Part shown: piece by piece, positions 22,903 to 29,477 of the stretch | Layout of the letters: every line of letters starts with the position of its first letter | Numbering within the stretch: the first letter of the stretch is position 1 | Assembly: GCA_041662745.1 (NCBI GenBank) | Contig: JBAZRV010000001.1 | Span: 150,001-182,000, forward strand | Source: Patescibacteria group bacterium | GTDB taxonomy: Bacteria > Patescibacteriota > Patescibacteriia > 2-01-FULL-39-33 | DNA length: 32,000 nucleotides | Reading direction: 5' to 3' | Position numbers and translations under genes: made by a program | Notes under the pieces: model-generated | What the model was told of the DNA's origin: nothing | What the model saw: only the letters and a program-made list of their open reading frames with translations | The model's database searches: none

Positions 22903-23520
22903 TCACTTTTTTATTTCCTGGCCGGCCTGCTGGCGTCCGGGTTGCATCAATTGCCGTAATTTGTCTTGATTTGTGCCCAACTCCTCCCAGGTGAAAATTC
23001 CCTTGGCCTGCAGGGTTATGATCTGTTTAAAAATAGCATAGCCGGATCGCGGGTCGACAGGCGGCTTTCGGTCAAATTTTTTGACAGTCTGTTGGCAGAG
23101 ATCAATCATTCGCGTTTTCACTGCTTGAGCTGTTGTCGGATCAACCCGGCAGAGCGCCGGCCATTGGATCAGGTTACTGGCCATGGCATCGCAGAGGTAT
23201 TGGTGGTACTGTGGTTGACGTTTTTTCTGACAGTGATAATTAAAGGCCGTCTGGATGGCCTGATCGGCAATCCGGTCTTTTTGCGGACCGTTAGCTTGAT
23301 TAAAATCACGGCGTAATCGTCTCATTTCCGCTCCGAAAGCGGGACTGAAGCCGCAATAATCGTTAGCGCCGTTAAGCCGGCCGGGGCCATTGGCGTTAAG
23401 TTGCTGTTGAAAGCCAAGAAGTTGTTGCCGATAGTAATTATTTAACCATAAGACGATTGTTGCCAGCAGAATCAATGAAACCATGCCGAGCGTTGTAAGG
23501 AATTTTTGTGTTTTAGCCAT
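22903..23520 (-). CDS. hypothetical N-terminally anchored or secreted protein, Gln/Cys-rich (205 aa)
   Basis: Track ORF trimmed to the ATG at 23520 after TGAGGTAATC. TM/signal anchor LTTLGMVSLILLATIVLWL. Several Cys. TGA stop. Confidence 0.55.
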   Translation of the reverse strand: MAKTQKFLTTLGMVSLILLATIVLWLNNYYRQQLLGFQQQLNANGPGRLNGANDYCGFSPAFGAEMRRLRRDFNQANGPQKDRIADQAIQTAFNYHCQKKRQPQYHQYLCDAMASNLIQWPALCRVDPTTAQAVKTRMIDLCQQTVKKFDRKPPVDPRSGYAIFKQIITLQAKGIFTWEELGTNQDKLRQLMQPGRQQAGQEIKK

Positions 23521-23622
23521 GATTACCTCATTTTTTTTGGTTGAGAAGTTGATTTCAGGATTCAATCGCGGTATAAAGAGCTTGAAAAGCCAGTTTATCA
23601 TTTTTATTTTCAGTTGTCAATT

Positions 23623-23650
23623 AAAAACATCCGCTTAAGCGGATGTTTTT
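23623..23650 (-). terminator. terminator after the epimerase gene (symmetric hairpin)
   Basis: AAAAACATCCGC-TTAA-GCGGATGTTTTT. Confidence 0.75.
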
Positions 23651-23661
23651 GGCAATAATTT

Positions 23662-24597
23662 TTATAAGCCGAATCGTTGCGCTAATTTTTTTCTGGCATC
23701 ATCAACAAACCAGACAATCGTATTCTTTAGTCCGTCATCAATTCCGATTTGCGGTTTCCAACCGATAAGCTCTTGAGCGCGTGAAATGTCCGCCAGGGTG
23801 TCATGCGGTTCAATGCGCGGAGGCAGATACTCGGCGACGCCGCCGATTTTTTGCGCGATGTCATTAACGGAGTAATTTTGGCCGCCGCCGATATTAATTA
23901 CCTCGCCTTGGCCGACTTTGTCGCTTTGCGCCGCTAAAATATTAGCGCGCACAATGTCACCGACATAAGTGAAGTCGCGCGTCTGCGTACCGTCGCCGGT
24001 AATGGTCATGGTCTTGCCGTCGCGCTTTTGCTGCAAGAAAACCGCAATCACAGTTACATAGCCGCCGGACATGGCCAGACGCGGACCGTAGGCGTTAAAA
24101 TACCTTAAGGAGACGGTCGGTAGGCCGTAGAGCAAAGAAAAGTTCCTGGCGTAATGTTCGCCGACGTATTTCTGAACGGCGTAAGGGCTGATGGGTGAAG
24201 GCAACATGATCTCTTTCAGGGGCATATTGTCCTGGTTGCCATAAGCCGAAGAAGAAGCGGAGTAAACCAATTTTTTAATCTTAGCATCGCGCGCTGCGGT
24301 TAAGACGTTGAGCGTGCCGTTAACGTTAATGTCGTGCGTGGTAAGCGGATCTTCAATGGACAGCTGAACGCGAGGCAGAGCGGCCAGATGAAAGACCCAG
24401 TCCTGGCCGATGAAGGCGGAATGGATAGCTTCCAAATCCCTGATATCCGCTTCAATCAATTTAGCTGCCGGATTGATGTTTTCTTTCAGCCCGGTGGAAA
24501 GATTATCCAGGATCGTCACTTCATGTCCTTGACTGATTAATTCATCAACCAGGTTTGAACCGATAAATCCGGCGCCGCCGGTGACTAAGCATTTCAT
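23662..24597 (-). CDS. NAD-dependent epimerase/dehydratase (extended SDR, GalE/UDP-sugar epimerase-like, 311 aa)
   Basis: MKCLVTGGAGFIGSNLVDEL (TGxxGxxG), ASSSAYG, and YAVQKY (YxxxK). Exact substrate is not assignable. Confidence 0.82.
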   Translation of the reverse strand: MKCLVTGGAGFIGSNLVDELISQGHEVTILDNLSTGLKENINPAAKLIEADIRDLEAIHSAFIGQDWVFHLAALPRVQLSIEDPLTTHDINVNGTLNVLTAARDAKIKKLVYSASSSAYGNQDNMPLKEIMLPSPISPYAVQKYVGEHYARNFSLLYGLPTVSLRYFNAYGPRLAMSGGYVTVIAVFLQQKRDGKTMTITGDGTQTRDFTYVGDIVRANILAAQSDKVGQGEVINIGGGQNYSVNDIAQKIGGVAEYLPPRIEPHDTLADISRAQELIGWKPQIGIDDGLKNTIVWFVDDARKKLAQRFGL

Positions 24598-24674
24598 AAG
24601 TTTGGTGGTAAATTAGGCATTAGTTTTGTTTATCTTATTATAGATTGCAATATATAGCAAGATTTACAGTAAAT

Positions 24675-24692
24675 TTGTTTAAATTTAAACAA
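24675..24692. promoter_or_regulatory. 18-bp perfect palindrome, candidate operator upstream of the Ubl-operon promoter
   Basis: TTGTTTAAATTTAAACAA equals its reverse complement. It ends 23 bp upstream of the -35 at 24716. Confidence 0.35.
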
Positions 24693-24715
24693 GCTTATTT
24701 TTAATATATTGGCGC

Positions 24716-24744
24716 TTGACAATAATGACTTATTTTAGTAAGAT
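24716..24744 (+). promoter_or_regulatory. sigma70-like promoter of the E2/JAB/E1/Ubl operon
   Basis: TTGACA (24716-24721), 17-nt spacer, TAAGAT (24739-24744). About 100-nt leader, then AAAGGAG before the ATG at 24850. Confidence 0.6.
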
Positions 24745-24849
24745 GATAAATCAAGTTTTTGCAGTTAATGGCAGGTTATTACTTGATAACCGCACTTTGA
24801 CAAAATAATAAAAACTTAAAATGGCTTAAACGGCAAAGGAGAAAAGCTA

Positions 24850-26286
24850 ATGCCTGACACATCAGCCGCCAGTAATATTGAGTCCAATGATAAAAGGAGC
24901 GGATATAGGGTTTCTACACAAAATTGGGATGGTTTTAATCGCAGGGGGTTTAGGACAATTGCCAGAGAAGTCTTATTGCCGATTGTTCAAAAAGATATCG
25001 TTATCAGCGTTCCTCGGCAGACAGAAGATTTTTCTAATAATGGTAAATTCAATATTAAAATTTTGTCTTCGCCACAAGGTTTGCCGAAGACCAATATGCC
25101 GAAAGAGATTTTTGGTCATAGAGTTTTTTATGATCTTAATGATTCATATACGGCTACTGGCTTGGGAGAAGCTATTATTGATGAGTCAACCGGTTATGCG
25201 GTAGCTGAGTTATTCCCCGACAATCTTTATATTCATTATGATATTTGTCACAGCGATGAACTTTATGAACTGAAAATTTTTAGGTTGCTTTTAAAGAAGG
25301 TAGCGGCTTTTTTGCAGTTATTGCCAGCTGAGATGGCCCAGCGGCGCAAACAGCAGCAGGAGAAAATTTTGATTGCTAATCGGGAGAGATATGCGGCGTT
25401 GCTATCCTCATTGATAAACAGTGGATCAAGAGCTGCGGATGCAGAACGAATTACTGAAATGGAAGAAAAAATCAGGGATCAGCGGATTGCTTTGACGCAA
25501 GCATTATTTGAATTGGCAGCGGCCAAACGGAAGCAGGCCGATAGTATCGGCTCTAAAGGTCAAACTGAAATACTGGCAGAGTTTGAGCGATTAAGGTCTA
25601 TGTCCAAGGTACGGGATGTGGCTGTTAGCGATGATGGGACTATCAGCGTAACTACTAATGTCTTATATTGTCGCAACAAAGCCACGGGATTGCTATACGA
25701 GATTGGCGCCTTCCGGTTGGATATACGGCTTAAGTTGGTAGGGGATTATTCGGAGCCCGAAGATTATCTTTCCTTTACCAATATTACTAGGACAATCGGC
25801 GGTTATCTCAGTGATCACTCGCACCATCCTCACATTTTTAAACCAAAAGATTTTTGCCTGGGCAATGCCGAAGAGATTGTCCCCGATCTCTTGTCTAATT
25901 TAGAAATTCGGGCTCTGGTTGGCGTCATGATTCAATTTATTGAGTCAGTTAACCCTCGTGATGACGCCGGTGTAGGGATATTTCTTTGGCCGTTAGCGCC
26001 ATTAGAAATGCAATCTCCGGAAGCGCAGGACAGATTGAAGGATTTATGGTCGCAAGAGGATAATCCTTTCAAAAACGTTGATGCTCCATTAAGAACGTTC
26101 GTTCGAACAGCGCAAATCATGCCTAAGGGTTATGATATCGCGTTTGACTGCGGTTGGCGGAAATGGCATCTGAACGGTGCACTGGCATATACCAGAGAGA
26201 TAGCAACATGGTTAGGCGTTGATGAGGCTTGGGCTTATGTTATTATGGCGAATTATTTTTCTGTTGCATCATCACAAATTACTTGA
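24850..26286 (+). CDS. E2 (UBC-fold)-like conjugating enzyme candidate with a long N-terminal extension and coiled coil (478 aa)
   Basis: Residues ~255-370: strand run ISVTTNVLY / LLYEIGAFRLDIRL, then HHPHIFKPKDFCLG (HPN-like flap plus Cys336, codon 25855-25857), then helices EEIVPDLLSNLEIRALVGVMIQFIESV. Residues ~158-250 are heptad-like (QRRKQQQEKILIANRERYAALL...). Residues 1-150 and 380-478 are unassigned. The operon context supplies E1, JAB and Ubl. Confidence 0.55.
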   Translation: MPDTSAASNIESNDKRSGYRVSTQNWDGFNRRGFRTIAREVLLPIVQKDIVISVPRQTEDFSNNGKFNIKILSSPQGLPKTNMPKEIFGHRVFYDLNDSYTATGLGEAIIDESTGYAVAELFPDNLYIHYDICHSDELYELKIFRLLLKKVAAFLQLLPAEMAQRRKQQQEKILIANRERYAALLSSLINSGSRAADAERITEMEEKIRDQRIALTQALFELAAAKRKQADSIGSKGQTEILAEFERLRSMSKVRDVAVSDDGTISVTTNVLYCRNKATGLLYEIGAFRLDIRLKLVGDYSEPEDYLSFTNITRTIGGYLSDHSHHPHIFKPKDFCLGNAEEIVPDLLSNLEIRALVGVMIQFIESVNPRDDAGVGIFLWPLAPLEMQSPEAQDRLKDLWSQEDNPFKNVDAPLRTFVRTAQIMPKGYDIAFDCGWRKWHLNGALAYTREIATWLGVDEAWAYVIMANYFSVASSQIT

Positions 26287-26340
26287 TCATCCAACCAATA
26301 TGGTAATTGTAAGGTTTTAACAGTAAAGGAGAAACCAATA

Positions 26341-27081
26341 GTGAAGAAGATTAAACGTGGTCCGGCTGGTAGTTCTGCGAACGGGCCGTCCAGGTCCAGA
26401 GCAAAATTTTTCCGACCGCACGCCTTTCGGAACGAGGTGTCCTTGATTGGCGGTGAACCATTGATCATAGTAACTCCGGAAGTCCAGGAAGGAATGTATC
26501 ATATTGCCGATCAAGCCAGAGGAGAGGCCGGCTGGCTGGGAACAGTTTCCGAACTTCCTGAAAGAACTTATGTTATTGATGAGCTTTTCATTTTTAAGCA
26601 GAGAGTTGACGCGCTTACCAATACCTTAACCAGAGAAGGGTTGTCCGCGGTAGGCATGGAAATACTTAGACGTCCGGATGGCATGGAAGTTTGGAATCGG
26701 GTAAGGTTCTGGGGACATAGCCATGGAACCCTATCAACCGCTCCGTCGTTTCAAGATAAACAGCAATTTTCGTTATTGGGTAATTCGGGTTTCCCCTACT
26801 TTATTAGAGGGATAATTAATCGTTTAGGCCGGATGGAATTTTCTATCATGTATTATGATTCGGGAATTCTGATAGAAGACGTTCCTTGGCAGATTTCTAA
26901 CACTATAACCGACAATCAGGCTGAGTTTATCGCTAATCAATTAGCAGAAAAAGTCACTTGGGTTGATCAGAGACGCGTTGGCAAAGGCGCTATAGGAGGT
27001 TTTTTTGACGGTTTATTGGTTTCTGGTTTGCCGGGAGATCTGACTGTGGAGGAGATGTTAGTGTTGGGAGGGGGGTCATGA
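26341..27081 (+). CDS. JAB/MPN+ (JAMM) metalloprotease (246 aa)
   Basis: GTG start after AAGGAG. Complete JAMM signature: GE62AGWLG ... H126-S-H128-GTLSTAP-S136-FQ-D139 (E...HxHx7Sx2D). Confidence 0.8.
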   Translation: MKKIKRGPAGSSANGPSRSRAKFFRPHAFRNEVSLIGGEPLIIVTPEVQEGMYHIADQARGEAGWLGTVSELPERTYVIDELFIFKQRVDALTNTLTREGLSAVGMEILRRPDGMEVWNRVRFWGHSHGTLSTAPSFQDKQQFSLLGNSGFPYFIRGIINRLGRMEFSIMYYDSGILIEDVPWQISNTITDNQAEFIANQLAEKVTWVDQRRVGKGAIGGFFDGLLVSGLPGDLTVEEMLVLGGGS

Positions 27082-27776
27082 GTATTAATCCGACGCGTCA
27101 CTTGCAAGTATTTTCTCCTCAAGAGTTTAGCAAGACCGGTTACTTAGTTGATGTGATTGGTTGCGGAGCTACCGGTTCGCATATAGTTTTGTCCTTAGCC
27201 AGATTGGGTATTACTAATATTCGCGTTTGGGATTTTGACACGGTTCAAGCCCACAACATTCCTAATCAAGTGTTTGGCTTGAAGGACATCAATCGTCCAA
27301 AAGTAGCGGCGATACATGATGCGGTTGCGGCGGCGACTGGTACGAGCATAGATATACGCGATGTTAGGTTTGACGGCGGCCCCGGCCAAGAATTGGGCGA
27401 TATTGTGTTCCTCTTGACAGACACTATGGCCTCGCGTAGAATGATCTGGGAGAGTTCCATTAAATTTAATATAAATATTCGGTTAATGGTTGAAACGCGC
27501 TTAGGCGCTGAATCAGGTAAGATTTATACCATTAATCCTAGCCTTCTCGGTCACGTCCAGGGTTGGGAAAGCACTTTATGTGAAGATCGGGTTGCGGCTC
27601 CTAGCGCTTGTGGGGCCATTACTTCAGTCGGGCCGACAGCGGAAATCGTTTCCGGAATCGCCGTGTGGCAATTAATGGACTGGTTTAGAATCAAACAGGG
27701 AAAGGAGGTAGAGCTGCCTAATGAAGTATTTTTTTCTGTTCGGCCTTGGATGATGCTGACTCGGTATTTTAGGTAG
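27078..27776 (+). CDS. ThiF/MoeB-type E1-like adenylyltransferase, minimal (232 aa)
   Basis: VDVIGCGATGSHIVLSLARLG (GxGxxG), RVWDFDTVQAHNIPNQ, VFLLTDTMASR, ACGAITSVGPTAEIVSGIAV. Cys168 and Cys178 lie in the crossover-loop region. The ATG overlaps the JAB stop (ATGA). Confidence 0.8.
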   Translation: MSINPTRHLQVFSPQEFSKTGYLVDVIGCGATGSHIVLSLARLGITNIRVWDFDTVQAHNIPNQVFGLKDINRPKVAAIHDAVAAATGTSIDIRDVRFDGGPGQELGDIVFLLTDTMASRRMIWESSIKFNINIRLMVETRLGAESGKIYTINPSLLGHVQGWESTLCEDRVAAPSACGAITSVGPTAEIVSGIAVWQLMDWFRIKQGKEVELPNEVFFSVRPWMMLTRYFR

Positions 27777-27791
27777 TAGTTGTTATTATGG

Positions 27792-27814
27792 CAAAATCGT
27801 GTGTTGCGATTTTG
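27792..27814 (+). other. 8-bp stem hairpin in the E1-Ubl intergenic spacer (no T-run)
   Basis: CAAAATCG-TGTGTTG-CGATTTTG, read directly. Followed by TCGATGC, so it is not a canonical terminator. Confidence 0.5.
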
Positions 27815-27853
27815 TCGATGCAAACCAGTTGCAACCGATAAGGAGCAATAGCT

Positions 27854-28099
27854 ATGGAAGACAAGGGATTCATTCTCGTTAAAGTCGGAAAATTGCCGGG
27901 CGTAATCAAGGAAGTCGGCCTGAGTGATTGCGACGGCGAGCGAACGATCGCCAAGGCGTTGAAGGGCGCTGAATTGGAAAAAGAAGAGGGGTACGAGGTT
28001 CGCGTCAATAATGACGTTGTCGCGGACGACGATGTTGCCGATTATGAATTGTCCGATGGCGATATCGTTATCCTGGTTGAGGACATCGTCGGCAATTAA
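27854..28099 (+). CDS. ubiquitin-like beta-grasp protein (ThiS/MoaD/Ubl-like, 81 aa) ending Gly-Asn
   Basis: RBS AAGGAG. Size, alternating strand pattern (FILVKVGKLPG), and the C-terminal ELSDGDIVILVEDIVGN match the l.dGD.v.i...v.GG tail of sulfur-carrier and Ubl proteins. Operon context also supports the call. Confidence 0.65.
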   Translation: MEDKGFILVKVGKLPGVIKEVGLSDCDGERTIAKALKGAELEKEEGYEVRVNNDVVADDDVADYELSDGDIVILVEDIVGN

Positions 28100-28140
28100 A
28101 GCCGGCCTGCCTCGAAAGTACTTTTAGTAATTTATTAATC

Positions 28141-28167
28141 AGCCGGGTAGCTTATCCGGCTTTTTTA
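28141..28167 (+). terminator. rho-independent terminator of the Ubl operon
   Basis: AGCCGG-GTAGCTTAT-CCGGCT followed by TTTTTAT. Confidence 0.75.
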
Positions 28168-28188
28168 TTTTAATAATTTTATCATCCT

Positions 28189-28216
28189 TTACAAATTACC
28201 AATAAGGTGCTAAGAT
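28189..28216 (+). promoter_or_regulatory. sigma70-like promoter for tRNA-Val
   Basis: TTACAA (28189-28194), 16-nt spacer, TAAGAT (28211-28216). Confidence 0.45.
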
Positions 28217-28259
28217 ATTAGTGTTTTAATGAAGGAACTTGATTGTATTTTTAACACAG

Positions 28260-28333
28260 GGGCAATTAGCTCAGTTGGTTAGAGCGTCTCGTTGACGTCG
28301 AGAAGGTCAGTGGTTCGAATCCACTATTGCCCA
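28260..28333 (+). tRNA. tRNA-Val (anticodon GAC), no encoded CCA
   Basis: GGGCAAT-TA-GCTC-AGTTGGTTA-GAGC-G-TCTCG-TTGACGT-CGAGA-AGGTC-AGTGG-TTCGAAT-CCACT-ATTGCCC-A. Confidence 0.9.
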
Positions 28334-28383
28334 CATAAGTACCTGCATAAAATAAAAACGGCCTAAAGCCGATTTTTTATTTT

Positions 28384-28408
28384 GTAAAAAAAGCGCCAAA
28401 ATGGCGCT
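28384..28408 (-). terminator. terminator overlapping the stop codon of the secreted-protein gene
   Basis: Minus strand AGCGCC-ATTTT-GGCGCT followed by TTTTTTT. Confidence 0.6.
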
Positions 28409-29195
28409 ATTCTCGTATAAAGATCTTAATAGGCTGTTCATCGCGTCGTTTTTCGGTTATTGCAACAGTAAAGTAAAACCAATCAGTCTGGCTTTCTCCG
28501 ACGGGCTGCCAGATTTCTTCCCCGCCTCCCCCGTCTTCTATGTTGAGACAAATTAGTTGATAAGCAACCGCTTTAACCGCTATCAGATAACTAATATCGC
28601 GATGCCTGGCTCCGGCAGATTCTTTGCCGTCGTCCCCCAAGCGGTCGTTATACCCGGGACAATTTTCCGGAGCCGGCCTTAAGAAGCCGTTTCGGAGCTC
28701 TTCAATGTATAATTGCCCATCTCCTCGGACAACCCAATGTCCGACCTTAGTGTCACGGATATCTTCCGGGATAAAGAAGGAATAGTTTCTTTTTGCCGGC
28801 AGGATTTTCCCTCTGGCAATCAGGCACGAATCGGCATAAATTTCCCAGCGCAGTTCAAATTCTAATCCTTCATTTTGATACTCGGCCGTTACGCCGTAAC
28901 TCATGTCAATTTTTGCCTCAATGCGTTGGCAGGCGTCTTCCGGCGGCAAGAAGATTTTTTGGACCGGACCGAATAACCGTTCGGAATCATTTATTTTTCG
29001 TAAGTCATCATTAGTCTGATCGGCATCAGTACGATTATAAAAAATAATCGGATGAAGATTGAGGAAGGTGTAAATCTGATTTTCTGTCAAAGCCAATTGG
29101 TTGCTTTGGAAAAAACTCATCTCCTCGGCGCCGGGCAATAAGGCGGGCAATGAACAGAGCAAAAACAAGCAGACGGGCAGGGGCAGCCTTTTCAT
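28407..29195 (-). CDS. hypothetical secreted protein (262 aa)
   Basis: Track ORF trimmed to the ATG at 29195 after AGAGGAG. Signal peptide MKRLPLPVCLFLLCSLPALLPGAEE. The track's longer 5' extension reaches 29270 and would overlap the tRNA-Ile gene (29241-29313). Confidence 0.6.
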   Translation of the reverse strand: MKRLPLPVCLFLLCSLPALLPGAEEMSFFQSNQLALTENQIYTFLNLHPIIFYNRTDADQTNDDLRKINDSERLFGPVQKIFLPPEDACQRIEAKIDMSYGVTAEYQNEGLEFELRWEIYADSCLIARGKILPAKRNYSFFIPEDIRDTKVGHWVVRGDGQLYIEELRNGFLRPAPENCPGYNDRLGDDGKESAGARHRDISYLIAVKAVAYQLICLNIEDGGGGEEIWQPVGESQTDWFYFTVAITEKRRDEQPIKIFIRE

Positions 29196-29240
29196 GATAC
29201 GGTCTCCTCTTGGTTGTGTTTGAAAGAACTTTGTTGATAG

Positions 29241-29313
29241 TAGGCCTGGATGGATTTGAACCATCGACATCTACCTTATAAGGGTAGCGCTCTAACCCCT
29301 GAGCTACAGGCCC
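29241..29313 (-). tRNA. tRNA-Ile with anticodon UAU, no encoded CCA
   Basis: Minus strand GGGCCTG-TA-GCTC-AGGGGTTA-GAGC-G-CTACC-CTTATAA-GGTAG-ATGTC-GATGG-TTCAAAT-CCATC-CAGGCCT-A. The body closely resembles bacterial tRNA-Ile(GAU). The anticodon loop reads C-T-TAT-A-A. Confidence 0.8.
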
Positions 29314-29463
29314 AAAACAGTTCATAAAGTTGAAAGTCCGCAAAGTCAAAAGTAAAGACCAATGCAACTAAAAGGAATACTAACAAAAAAGGGTTTATTA
29401 TTCAAGTCCAAAGGTTGACTTTTTATCGGAATTAAGCTAAAATTTATCTTCTATCTAATGTAT

Positions 29464-29471
29464 TGTATAAT
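29464..29471 (+). promoter_or_regulatory. extended -10 (TGTATAAT) 6 nt upstream of the cca ATG
   Basis: TG at 29464-29465 and TATAAT at 29466-29471. ATG at 29478. No SD sequence. Confidence 0.45.
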
Positions 29472-29477
29472 GTAGTT

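Noticed and set aside
24797-24825. Second TTGACA (24797-24802) as an additional promoter for the Ubl operon
   Set aside because: No acceptable -10 hexamer lies at 16-18 nt spacing. The best candidates are AATGGC, or TAAAAT at 14 nt.
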